DNA of 64,000 nt from Nitrospirota bacterium (GCA_963733375.1 CAVTDB010000003.1:160001-224000); one strand, 5' to 3'. Shown: positions 31,131-40,407, numbered from the stretch's first letter. Notes: generated by a model not told the origin, from the sequence alone. Program-made: numbers and translations.

Positions 31131-31802
31131 CTAAACAAGCACCAAATCCTCAGCAGCGGCCTTTATAAGCTCCGGGGTAGTTTCCTTAATTCCGTTTACT
31201 TCTTTAAGGCCCGCTATATTTTTTAATAGCTGAGACAAAATGCGAAGATTTCCCCTTGAAGCTTTGTGTAAAAGCTTTGTCGTTTCGGAATCCAGTTCCG
31301 GTAAAGCTAACCGCATTTCCGAAAGGTCCAGGTTAGAAAAATCAGCCCGGAACTGTAACCTTGAGCTTAATTGGTCCAGGCGCTGTTTTCTTAACCGGCC
31401 CGTGAATTTCCTGGACCCGATGAAAAGGACCGGCGCGCCGCTTGCGTCGTGAAGGCCGCGAATCAGTTCCAAAACGTCTGTGCTTAGAAGGTCCACTTCA
31501 TCAACAATGGTTATACCGTGCTGCCATTTGTAATGCTTTAAGGCTTGTTCATACCGGGCCGAAAGTGTCCAGTCCCGGTATTGAACCATCTTGTCCAGGA
31601 GCGCATTTAAATACTCGCTCGGTGTCATTAAGTTATGCCCGGAGACGAAATAACACCGTGCATGGCCTTGTTCTGCATAAAGATTTGCAGCTGTGGTTTT
31701 GCCTGTCCCGGCAGAACCTATAACCAGCGCCATTGATTTGTTATCAATGACCCTCGCCGCGATCTCGCGGAATTTCCTTGTGTACGTCGTCTCCAAAACC
31801 AT
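31131..31802 (-). CDS. MuB-like AAA+ ATPase (element C)
   Basis: GSAGTGKT, IVDEVD, IRGLHD, LSSR, SRGNLRIL. Confidence 0.9.
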   Translation of the reverse strand: MVLETTYTRKFREIAARVIDNKSMALVIGSAGTGKTTAANLYAEQGHARCYFVSGHNLMTPSEYLNALLDKMVQYRDWTLSARYEQALKHYKWQHGITIVDEVDLLSTDVLELIRGLHDASGAPVLFIGSRKFTGRLRKQRLDQLSSRLQFRADFSNLDLSEMRLALPELDSETTKLLHKASRGNLRILSQLLKNIAGLKEVNGIKETTPELIKAAAEDLVLV

Positions 31803-31822
31803 AAATCCTCCTTTTACGGTTC

Positions 31823-33713
31823 TTAAGAGTTTGCCGCCTTAGCCTCAGCGGCTTCCTTGTCTGCTACAAATCTATAAATATTGTTTTTCTTAACTTGCGG
31901 CGCGCGATCTTCCTCGTGTTTTGCTTTTACTGCCTTACGTTCTTTTTTCAGATGCATAGGGACGGTTACAAATCCAGGGACTATAACCGGATCGGAAGCC
32001 CGTTTTATAGCCTCGTCTCTCACGTCCTCAATGATCGCGCCTTTATCAACCAGGGCGATATAATCTTCAATCTGCTTTTTCTGATTTTTCTTCTCTCTTG
32101 CTATCGCCCTGTAATCCTCTTCCGTGATGTGATAGCCCATTAATTCGCGGTCCTTTGCATGGCAGATATATTCACCCCTAAAGAAGCAAATAATTTCGCC
32201 CTTGTTTTTATATACCGGCCTGATTTCAACGCTCTGCCCGATGAACTCAAAAAGCGCCTCATGCTGATATAAAATATTGTCGTATTGAATTCCTTGAGTA
32301 GTAACCTTCCTGGGCACTCTTGAAGCGGCCACCACTTCAAGGACTTCGGGCGGCGCTGTTACTTTCGCTACCTTGGAAAATTCACAATGCCTTTCAAGGC
32401 ATGATTTTTTAAGCGGCCTTCTAAATTCCTTGTGGTACTTGTCTTTTATGTAGCTGTAAATGATCCGTTCCAGGTCAGCCATTGTTAAAAGCGGCTTTAT
32501 ATCGTCCGGGCGATTTTCGGGGTTTCTGCCGCAATAGCCCGGCAGTTTTGAGATACACTGTCCTTCAAAGGTCCTAAAAAATCTTTCAATCGGTTTCGAT
32601 GATCCTCTATATGGAATAGCATGAGTTTTATCAACTCCCATGTCATTAAGAAGCGCTTCAAAATCGGCGCTTAAGTAGTCCTTGCCGTTATCGACATAGA
32701 CGGATGCCGGAACTCCAAACATTGGATAATCCTTATCCGGCTTGGGCGCGACTCCATTCATAAAGCTCTGCATAATGGTTAAAGAGTTGCCCTGAAAGGT
32801 CAGACTATAACCGACAATGCTCATATCACATAGGTCCATCCATGCGGATAGCCAGGGCCTTACTGCCTTGCCATTTTTGTTCTTTATAAAGAGGTCCAGC
32901 TTATGATGATCGCCGCACCAAATATCATTTATGAAGTCCGGTTTCTTACGCGCGGTTTTTACTTCAAATTTATCCGTAAAGGTTTTTTTGGTTTCGCGCT
33001 CATGGGCTATTACAGCCGGGGGATACTTCCGATGATCCTCCGGGCGGCGGTATAAGACAATTTCTCGCCCCGCGCATCCGCAATCGGTAGCGTCTTTTCA
33101 TAAACTTCCAAAATGGAATATTTAGGCTTGCTTAAATAAAATTTCTGGAGCGTCTTTTGAACTTCATCGGATACCGCCCGGATAATGCCTTTGTCTTTGC
33201 GGTCCTTACGGCAGAGGGCTTTATAGTCTTTTTCTTTCCAGGCGCGCACCCACCTGAAAACGGTGCGGGGCGACACCTCGTTAGCAGTCTGCGATTTTCC
33301 CGGCCAAAACGGTTCTTATCCGTGGCGTCCGAAAAAAGGAGCGGCTGTATAATTTCTATCTTTTCGCTTACCTCGTTTTTTTCCTCATTGCTTAAATAAA
33401 GCCATTGGCTATCAGTCGGCTTTTGTTCAGGTGCGGGGGACGTGGGCTTTATTGGAAGGTTTGCATTTGCGAGATATTTAGCGGGCAGGTTATACAGGCT
33501 TTCCAATAAAATCAGCGTCTGCCTTTTTCCATTGCGGGACGTGCGGGGGGCCGGGCGAGCGACAAGCGAATATTTTTTAGGAAGACGTTTAGCGGTCCTC
33601 AAGGGGGTTTTGAGGATGTTCGCCATTTCTCCTATGGTTATATACTTATCGTCCACGCCGGGCCCCTTGTGATTAAAAATCCAGCAGGTGTTTTTTATCG
33701 CAGAGGTCCTCAA
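31823..33713 (-). CDS. MuA-like DDE transposase (element C), split by two frameshifts (~33015, ~33290)
   Basis: Consecutive frames give an N-terminal HTH, SPRTVFRWVRAW HTH, WCGDHHKLD...RPWLSAWMD, VDNGKDY, SKPIERFF; one added C in the run at ~33020 rejoins the frames. Confidence 0.85.
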
Positions 33714-33984
33714 GGGCGGCTTTCATCTCCTGCGCATACGCTATGGCATTACCCGTCTCCAGGAGGTCCCGCTTGTGGTACTCGTAAAGCTCGATCTCCT
33801 TTACGTCGTGGCTCCCGCTCATAAGGGCTTTTCTTTCCTTCTCCACCCTTGCGATGGTGTCCTTCATGTTTGCCTTTTCTTCGGCAATGAACGTGTCTAT
33901 GCCGCCCTGGATGTAGCGGCTCAGTTTCAGGCTCATTTTCTTCGGGCTGATAATCAGCCTCTTTTTAGTGTTTTCCATCTCCAT
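33673..33984 (-). CDS. Hypothetical protein, first early gene of element C
   Basis: 103 aa helical ORF with an AAGGAG RBS. Confidence 0.6.
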   Translation of the reverse strand: MEMENTKKRLIISPKKMSLKLSRYIQGGIDTFIAEEKANMKDTIARVEKERKALMSGSHDVKEIELYEYHKRDLLETGNAIAYAQEMKAALEDLCDKKHLLDF

Positions 33985-34080
33985 CTCCTTAATCTCCTTT
34001 CATTGTTTACTGTTTACAGCGCCCTTAAGATTTGTTAAACTCCCAGTTAATTTTTTCTTGTAGCGGAATATAAATGCAAT

Positions 34081-34123
34081 AATATTTCATTAAACGAAAT
34101 ATGTCAAATAAAATATTTCATTA
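34081..34123. promoter_or_regulatory. Divergent promoter/operator region of element C
   Basis: AATATTTCATTA twice; ATATTTC-N7-GAAATAT inverted repeat; TTGACA on the minus strand (34101-34106). Confidence 0.55.
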
Positions 34124-34146
34124 TTTACAACTTCATTTAAATTCTA

Positions 34147-34545
34147 ATGCCGCCTTCTTTTAAAGTTGAATTAGGTCAAAGACTTAAAAAAGTGCGCCAA
34201 TCTATGGAAATGACGCAAAAACGATTTTGTCTTCATTTTGGGCCTACTGTTGAAAGTCCAAGCCTGTTAAGCCGGTATGAATCCGGCGATATTAACCCGC
34301 CGATATATCTTTTTAAGCTCCTTGCGGATCAAACGATTAATCTTAATTGGCTGTTTACAGGCGAGGGTCCTATGTACCTCGACGGTGATAAGCCTTTATC
34401 GGTTCCCGACTCTGCTACACGGCGAGAACTTGACGCAATATGGAAAACACATCGGATTTTTAAAGAGTGTGGGGCCGATAAGGTTAAGGCTTTAACGGTC
34501 TTCTTAAATTCCCTTGATCCTGGCCGGGATAATAAAGAGAAGTAA
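34147..34545 (+). CDS. XRE/CI-like repressor (element C)
   Basis: RLKKVRQ...MTQKRF...LLSRYESG..NP...INLNWLFTGEGPM; divergent from the early operon. Confidence 0.85.
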   Translation: MPPSFKVELGQRLKKVRQSMEMTQKRFCLHFGPTVESPSLLSRYESGDINPPIYLFKLLADQTINLNWLFTGEGPMYLDGDKPLSVPDSATRRELDAIWKTHRIFKECGADKVKALTVFLNSLDPGRDNKEK

Positions 34546-34594
34546 ACATACTTTTTTAGAAATCGTAACAAACAGGGGCCACAATTTAAAAAGC

Positions 34595-34824
34595 AAAAGT
34601 GGCCCTGGGATAATTCCTAATAATCGGCACCTAAGAGCCGAAACTCCTTTAAATGTTTAGTTTTTTAGATTTTGGCCCTTGGATTCAAGGTTTTTTAATA
34701 AAAGTGGCCCTGGGATAATTCCTAACAAAGCTTATCCTATTGTAAAATTTAGGCTATCCCGTTTTGAGAGTTTACATAACATTTCCGTTACTGACAAATA
34801 AACTGGCTATTTGGCCCTTGGATT
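34595..34824. repeat. TGGCCCT(G/T)GGAT repeats near the end of element C
   Basis: 26-bp exact repeat at 34595-34620 and 34700-34725; TTTGGCCCTTGGATT at 34671 and 34810. Confidence 0.85.
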
Positions 34825-35019
34825 TGGGCGGCTTTCCGATGCCTGGGGCGATAAAATCAGGGGTTTTAAAGGTTTTTTAAAGGAGGGTTAATCTATTGCA
34901 TTATAAGGGATTTAATTTCTCTTTAAATCTCGTTTAAGAGGTTCCATTTCCCACGTAATCCCGCGTTTTCTCGTTTTTTCCCGCGATTTTAATATTGACA
35001 TATAAAGTGACTACCTACA

Positions 35020-35595
35020 GCCGTGGAGTACCTTGCAGGCGTCTTTCGTCAGCTCCACCTCGCATAGCTCCTTGACCGCCGTGGCCACGTCGTCTTCGTC
35101 CAGCGGCCGGAACTTGTATATCTGGCTTATCCGGGAGAAGAAGTGGGGGTGCCTCTTCAGCATCCGGTCCACCTTGCCCATCCCGATAAGGACGATGGGC
35201 GTGCCGCATTCGTCGTGCAGGTCCCTGAGCGATTCCAGCACCCGCGTATCACGGCAGCAGAAATCTATCTCGTCCACCAGGAGCATGGTTTCCTGTTTCA
35301 TCAGTTTCTCTTTCGCCTGCTCGAAGAGCTTCGCGTAGTTGTATTTGGGCTCCTCGCCCAGTTCCGCGACTATCAGCTCCATCAGCCAGCGCGCGCTTAT
35401 GTTGGCCTTGGCGCGGATGTATTTCGCGTTAGACCCCTTGCGGCCGACGAGCCACGAGCAGGTCTCCGTCTTGCCGAGCCCCGGGTCGCTATAGACAAGC
35501 CCCAGCCCCGGCACGCTTGGCTTCTTATCGCGCAGGTTCTTCACCAGCTCCAGCGTCCGCATCACGTTTTTTGTCTTTACAATGGCATTGCGCAT
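35020..35595 (-). pseudogene. MuB-like ATPase of element B, C-terminally truncated by element C
   Basis: Clear paralogue of 429-1133 (SDPGLGKTETC, LRDLHDECGTP, RHPHFFSRISQI); similarity ends at the element C end. Confidence 0.88.
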
Positions 35596-35670
35596 CTGGT
35601 ATTGTTTCCTCCATTCGTCGTTCGTACTGCTCGGTTTGTTAGGCCCTCGTTGCCGCGGGGGCCATGCTTT

Positions 35671-37794
35671 TTACGCGTACTGAAGTTCCTTTTCGTATCG
35701 CTCCAACCACCCCCTTTCATCCTTCGTCATGGTTGCCTTGCCCTTCAAGTCCTCGTATTTTTCGTAGTCCGACTGGTAGAGCTTGCGGGATAGCTTCGGC
35801 GGCACCGCCTCGGTAGAGGGGCCTGCTGTTTCGCTGGCAGGCATATAAGCTTGTCGGCAAGGGAAGTAGCCGCGCACCGGCGTTCCGTCTCTAACGTGGC
35901 AACGTCCGCTATCAGCCTCGGCATCTCGCGTGTCAGCCTCGCCTGTGACCAGGGCGTCCGGGACTCCGTACCCGGCCGCAAGATATGCCCGCGCGGTTTT
36001 AATCGTCTGTTTTCGGAGGTGGGCCTTGTTCTTGTTCGCCTGGCTGACCGCCTCCATATCCACCTTGCTTCCGGTGAGAGCCGCCATCGCGGGCACGGCC
36101 GTCTGGAGGCTTGCGGAGCAGAGATAGCCGCCGTTCGGAAGATAGACATGCACCTGTTCTACATCGAAGACCGAATACCGGATTTCCGCCCGGCCAGCAT
36201 ATCCGTAGAGGGCGTCGTGCCAGTAGTTCAGGCCGCGCCAGCGTATGCCCTCGCGGGTCACCTTGGTCACCTCGGCTGACATCATCAGGTAGTCGAGTTG
36301 ACGGGCGTCGATGCCGGAGCCGCGTCCAGCGGCGAAGACCTCGGCGGGAATCCGGCCCTGTAGTCCCTTGTGCGGCTGGGAGTGGTGGAACTTGAGCCAC
36401 CGGCCTATCATCTCCACGGCCTGCGGGATGCTGGGGACGAAGTCCCCGTGGGCCTGTTTATGGAATTTCTCGTTGCGCATCATCCAGGTGGGCTTGTCTT
36501 CTATGGAGGCTCCGGTAAAAGACTCGATCATCCGTTCGCACTGGTCCCCGAACGTGCCCCAGAAGCGCTCTATTATCTTCGCCTGGGCGTTGTACGGCCT
36601 GGAGAAAACGGGCTTGATGCCGAGCCTGCCGAAGAGGCCGACTATGCCGCATTGCTCCAGGTCCACATCCGACGTGAAGAACTTCGCCCTGAATGATTTG
36701 CCGTTGTCCTGATAGGCTATGCGCGGGAATTTGCCGAGCGTAAGGATCGCGTTCCGCAGCGCCCCCGCGATTACCTGTGTGGTCTCCTCTATCATGATCT
36801 CGTAGCCGCAGAGGTAACGCGAGGCCCAGTCTATGTAGCCTATCAAGGTCGCCCGGCAGGGCTTGCCGGTCCAGGGATTAATCACGAGGAAGTTCAGCCT
36901 GTGCCCGTCCGTTATGAGCACGTCCCCGACCTCCAGCATCGAGCTATCGCGCTTGATATACGGCGATACCTTGTCGTTTAGGGCCTTCTCGCCCTCGCGC
37001 ATCAGCACCCACAGGTCCCGCTGGGTATCCATGAATTCTTTGATATGGCGCTCTAACGTTTTCGGGGACGAGGGGGAAGGGATTCCCTTCTCTTCGAGGA
37101 CGTACTTCATAAGCCTTATAGCCGTCTGCACCGGGCGTTTCTGGGGGGTAAGCAGGATATTCAGGAGAGTCGTGGACTCGTGGGCCATGACCGAACGGGA
37201 GCCCTTGCTTGTGCCCCACTCCGGCGCCAGGGCGCGGTAGTCGTTGCCCGACTCGATGTATGTCTTTTCCCAGCGGTAAAGGGTGCCCTGGCTGACCGTG
37301 TCCAGCTCCTTGAAAATCTCTTCCAGCAGGACTCCGGAATTGTAGGCCGCGAGGAAACGGCTGAGCGCGATCTTCGTCTTGCGTTCCTTCTTGGCGTCGT
37401 CTTTCGCCTTGTGCCAGGCATGCACGAGGTCCGCTCTGGCAAGGGCCTTTTTCTGGGCCCAGGGCGGGAGGATTCCTGAAGCAACACCGGGAATCATAAC
37501 GCCCCTCCCAGCCCCACTCCCTGCGGCGGGAGGGGGCGTGGCGATGGAGGAGCGGCCCAAGGCCGGAGGAGCCACCGACTGGCCTTGCAATTTAAGATAT
37601 TCAGCCTGGGCGGAAGGGGGAAGGGAGGATAGCGGGACGAGATATTTCATGCCGCCCCGGCCGCCGCGTGAGGGGACTTCTTTGGCGGCGAGTTTCCCGG
37701 AAATTATTTGACGCCGGAGGGTCCGTTCCGTTGTCTGTAAACCTATCGTTCCTAAAAGCTCTGCTACTTGTTTTACTTCAAGTAGTGCCTGCAT
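35671..37794 (-). CDS. MuA-like DDE transposase (element B)
   Basis: ITDGHRLNF, QDNGKSF, KIIERFW; shares many blocks with 1181-3181; ATG at 37794 with an RBS. Confidence 0.9.
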   Translation of the reverse strand: MQALLEVKQVAELLGTIGLQTTERTLRRQIISGKLAAKEVPSRGGRGGMKYLVPLSSLPPSAQAEYLKLQGQSVAPPALGRSSIATPPPAAGSGAGRGVMIPGVASGILPPWAQKKALARADLVHAWHKAKDDAKKERKTKIALSRFLAAYNSGVLLEEIFKELDTVSQGTLYRWEKTYIESGNDYRALAPEWGTSKGSRSVMAHESTTLLNILLTPQKRPVQTAIRLMKYVLEEKGIPSPSSPKTLERHIKEFMDTQRDLWVLMREGEKALNDKVSPYIKRDSSMLEVGDVLITDGHRLNFLVINPWTGKPCRATLIGYIDWASRYLCGYEIMIEETTQVIAGALRNAILTLGKFPRIAYQDNGKSFRAKFFTSDVDLEQCGIVGLFGRLGIKPVFSRPYNAQAKIIERFWGTFGDQCERMIESFTGASIEDKPTWMMRNEKFHKQAHGDFVPSIPQAVEMIGRWLKFHHSQPHKGLQGRIPAEVFAAGRGSGIDARQLDYLMMSAEVTKVTREGIRWRGLNYWHDALYGYAGRAEIRYSVFDVEQVHVYLPNGGYLCSASLQTAVPAMAALTGSKVDMEAVSQANKNKAHLRKQTIKTARAYLAAGYGVPDALVTGEADTRDAEADSGRCHVRDGTPVRGYFPCRQAYMPASETAGPSTEAVPPKLSRKLYQSDYEKYEDLKGKATMTKDERGWLERYEKELQYA

Positions 37795-37861
37795 ATCCAC
37801 CCTCGGTTTTAGCCGTTGACATTCGCGTTGGGACGTTTTAAAATCCAGTTCAATCTTGAAC

Positions 37862-38146
37862 TCAGGCGGCGCAGTCGTCCGCGCGGTAACGGAGCGGCCA
37901 GAGGGTTTCCTTCGGCACGCCCAGTATGGCGGCGACGTAGGTCTGTACCCGCTCCGATTTGTCCCGGTCGTATACGGCGTACTTAACGCCGTTGCAGGAC
38001 ACACCCATTTGGCGGCCTATTTTCGACCAGTTAAGGTTCCTGCGGCGAAGCTCGTGGTAGATGATCCGGCCCCGTTCCTGGCGGTCCGTCTCAAGATTGA
38101 GCTGGCGGAGGAAGAGCTTCATGTGGGATTTTTCTCTTACTGTCAT
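37862..38146 (-). CDS. Ner-like HTH regulator
   Basis: ELRRRNLNWSKIGRQMGVS...VAAILGVPKETLWPLRY. Confidence 0.75.
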   Translation of the reverse strand: MTVREKSHMKLFLRQLNLETDRQERGRIIYHELRRRNLNWSKIGRQMGVSCNGVKYAVYDRDKSERVQTYVAAILGVPKETLWPLRYRADDCAA

Positions 38147-38164
38147 GTCGGGTACTCCTTAACT

Positions 38165-38581
38165 ATGAGCGGTTATGCCACATACGCGTACTCAAGTAGC
38201 GAACACGTAGCGGAATTAAAAGGATCTCTAACCAAAGAAGATATAGACGCCTTGCGAGAGGACTGCGCCACTCTCGGTAGACCCGCCTGGTACGCCTGGA
38301 TGCGGGATAACAGCGAGGCGATATTTGAATTCCTACTGGCAACACAATCGGTTCGGGACAGGAAGAAGAAATGGAAAGATAAGGTTTACAGGCGGCGGAT
38401 CGTTTACGCCGCCCTACAACAGGCCCGCTGGTCGAAGTCGCTTCTCGACCTACTGGATAGTCGCCCCCTGCAACCGGGGCTTTCATATCGGGAAATGACG
38501 GCAAGGGCCGGGCTGACGTGCCTTGAGATGCTTTTTTTATACAGCCCGGAGTGGCCTTTTGATGCTCCAGTTCCATTTTAA
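38165..38581 (+). CDS. Hypothetical protein antisense to the early operon
   Basis: 138 aa from ATG 38165 (MSGYATYAYSS...). Confidence 0.5.
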   Translation: MSGYATYAYSSSEHVAELKGSLTKEDIDALREDCATLGRPAWYAWMRDNSEAIFEFLLATQSVRDRKKKWKDKVYRRRIVYAALQQARWSKSLLDLLDSRPLQPGLSYREMTARAGLTCLEMLFLYSPEWPFDAPVPF

Positions 38582-38638
38582 CGTGCTCCCTTGTGAATTA
38601 ATTCTCTAATGCGGGTGATGTTGAACTGAAAATACACT

Positions 38639-38672
38639 ATTAATTTATTACTGTCAAGCTAAATAAATTAAT
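38639..38672. promoter_or_regulatory. Operator-like palindrome around a minus-strand TTGACA
   Basis: ATTAATTTATT-ACTGTCAAGCTA-AATAAATTAAT. Confidence 0.55.
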
Positions 38673-38741
38673 AATTTATCGTCCGCAATGATTTTTGATA
38701 TACTTTGGCGACTTCCCGCCTAACCTATTATTTTATTTAGA

Positions 38742-39203
38742 ATGTTTACTATGTCCGCAAAAGAAAAAACGTCCGCAAAAATGTCCGCAAAAGGGCGCGG
38801 AATGCGGACACGTGTTTCTTTTCCTATGGATGTCGATGAAATCCTTGACCGGATTAAGCGATTTGAGGGTATTACGGAAGACAAAGAGGTGGCTGATAAA
38901 TTATTAATGAAGCCCCAGTCTTTATTTAACGCCAAACTTGCGAGAAGAATTCCCCTTGATATATTAGCTATTTACGCACAGGAAAAGGGTATATTATTCG
39001 AGTGGCTTTTAACCGGCGAAGGCCCTGAGCGGCTGGCCCCACTGGCTTTGAAGGAGGAATACCAGGACATCCGCCTGGCTAATATGATACATCTCGTGCG
39101 GAAAATCTATAAAGAGGGGAAGGCGGCGAAGATCGAGGCGATAGAGTCTCTTTTAAAGGCGCTTAATCCGGAGGAGCCTAAAAGGAGGGGGAAAAAAATA
39201 TGA
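38742..39203 (+). CDS. Phage CI-like repressor (element B); true start possibly 38826
   Basis: ILDRIKRFEGITEDKEVA..L...RRIP...FEWLLTGEG. Confidence 0.8.
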   Translation: MFTMSAKEKTSAKMSAKGRGMRTRVSFPMDVDEILDRIKRFEGITEDKEVADKLLMKPQSLFNAKLARRIPLDILAIYAQEKGILFEWLLTGEGPERLAPLALKEEYQDIRLANMIHLVRKIYKEGKAAKIEAIESLLKALNPEEPKRRGKKI

Positions 39204-39763
39204 TAACTATGACGAGGTTTTTACAATGCGTGTTCGATCCACAGCCGGAGGAAAACCATCTTGCAAGCCGGTACGATGCCTTTATTGAAGAGGCACAACG
39301 GCTTAAAGGGATTATAGACCGTCACATGCAGGCTGCAAGAGATGGTAAGACCATTAAAACTATAGAAAATAACGTCGAAAAAGCGAAAGCAGCGGCCATA
39401 CAACTAATAAAGATTACGCCGCCTGGACATAAAAATAGCGTCTTTGCAAAAATCATAATTTTTACGGTGATAAATTTTAGACATATAACGACTCTTGAGG
39501 AGATTGTTTTTTTCGATGAGGCAAAAAAGGAATTATTTCAAGCGTTTTATGAAGGTAAAATTACTGACGAAATGCCGCGACCGGGCATAGGAAAGCATCC
39601 AGAATTAAAAATTTTACAATATAAGAAAGCGTTGAGATGGACTTTAAAGGCTTTGGATTTTTTCCCTAATAATGAATGTTTTAATGAATATAAGAGCGAT
39701 ATTACGGAATGCATTGACGAATTAAAACCCATAGCGGGAGCGATAAAGAAGGTGAAAAAATAA
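39200..39763 (+). CDS. Hypothetical protein co-transcribed with the repressor
   Basis: 187 aa AT-rich ORF with an ATGA overlap. Confidence 0.6.
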   Translation: MITMTRFLQCVFDPQPEENHLASRYDAFIEEAQRLKGIIDRHMQAARDGKTIKTIENNVEKAKAAAIQLIKITPPGHKNSVFAKIIIFTVINFRHITTLEEIVFFDEAKKELFQAFYEGKITDEMPRPGIGKHPELKILQYKKALRWTLKALDFFPNNECFNEYKSDITECIDELKPIAGAIKKVKK

Positions 39764-40007
39764 GGCGGCCTGTGCCGCCCTCTTACATGCGCCGAGCGCA
39801 CGGTTTAAAATTCTCAAATTGCTTGTCTAAAACTGCCCTTCCGAGCCGTTTATTCTCAAATTGGCTTTTCCCGGCGATTTTCAGAATAGTCCTTTAAATC
39901 CCGTTATTTCCCATGTATTCCCGCCTTTTCCCGGCGTTTTCAGATTACTTGTCTTACTATAGTTGGATGAAAATTGCTACAATTTTGCTACATTGCCCGT
40001 TTTTGGC

Positions 40008-40041
40008 AAAAAAAAGGACTCACGGAAATCCGTAAGTCCTT
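40008..40041 (-). terminator. Terminator downstream of tRNA-Val
   Basis: AAGGACTCACGG-AAAT-CCGTAAGTCCTT preceded by an A-run (T-run on the minus strand). Confidence 0.7.
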
Positions 40042-40049
40042 GATTTTAA

Positions 40050-40124
40050 TGGTAGGCGATGGGGGGTTCGAACCCTCGACCCCTGCCGTGTGAAGGCAGT
40101 GCTCTCCCGCTGAGCTAATCGCCC
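40050..40124 (-). tRNA. tRNA-Val(CAC)
   Basis: Reverse complement GGGCGATTAGCTCAGCGGGAGAGCACTGCCTT-CAC-ACGGCAGGGGTCGAGGGTTCGAACCCCCCATCGCCTACCA; cloverleaf with encoded CCA. Confidence 0.97.
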
Positions 40125-40206
40125 GTGTTACCTGTACTGATACCATAAAGTACGCCCGTTAGTCAACAGCTTTCGGAAAATGCGGTTGCAGTCTCGATGG
40201 ATGTAT

Positions 40207-40407
40207 GTTAGCATTTTTTTTAAAATGGAGGATACGTTGACCAAACCGGGCTCGAAAGATATAGATAACGTGGCGAGGATCCTTACCGCGCTCCCGCCGG
40301 ATGAGGCGAAAAAGGTAATCCGCGAGATAAAGAATGAAAAAGACCCGGCGGGCAAGAAGAGGATTATAGAACTCGCGCTTAAGAAGAAGGGCATTAAACC
40401 GCTTTAG
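40207..40407 (+). CDS. Small basic hypothetical protein
   Basis: Short helical ORF; start uncertain (GGAGG at 40227-40231 suggests TTG 40237). Confidence 0.5.
   Translation, partial: VSIFFKMEDTLTKPGSKDIDNVARILTALPPDEAKKVIREIKNEKDPAGKKRIIELALKKKGIKPL

Larger units (their letters stand above)
27179..35019 (-). mobile_element. Element C: 7.8 kb mini-Mu carrying head genes only (candidate transposable satellite)
   Basis: Ends TGTAG-N14-TGTCA at 27179 and inverted at 35019; repressor, MuA, MuB, Mor, capsid, gpG and protease inside. Confidence 0.85.
35020..39973 (-). mobile_element. Mu-like element B (partial; immunity region plus MuA/MuB)
   Basis: Repressor/Ner/MuA/MuB layout with an end-like region (phased TCCC, TGTC-N4-TATAGT) next to the tRNA. 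Confidence 0.75.
3846..40049. mobile_element. ~36 kb genomic island integrated in tRNA-Val(CAC)
   Basis: Bounded by the 45-bp tRNA 3' direct repeat; arm-like TGCTACA repeats just inside both ends; heterogeneous cargo. Confidence 0.85.

Noticed and set aside
33010-33300. Programmed frameshifting in the transposase
   Set aside because: Two shifts are needed and similar indels occur throughout the window; error is more parsimonious
34595-34725. CRISPR array
   Set aside because: Only two 26-bp copies 79 bp apart, part of a shorter motif family, and no cas genes
1-39973. CAST or Tn7-like transposon
   Set aside because: No TniQ/TnsD, TnsA or Cas ORF recognisable; the gene context is Mu-like
27179-39973. 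Single complete Mu-like prophage
   Set aside because: Two distinct transposase/repressor sets separated by an element end; no portal, terminase, tail or lysis genes
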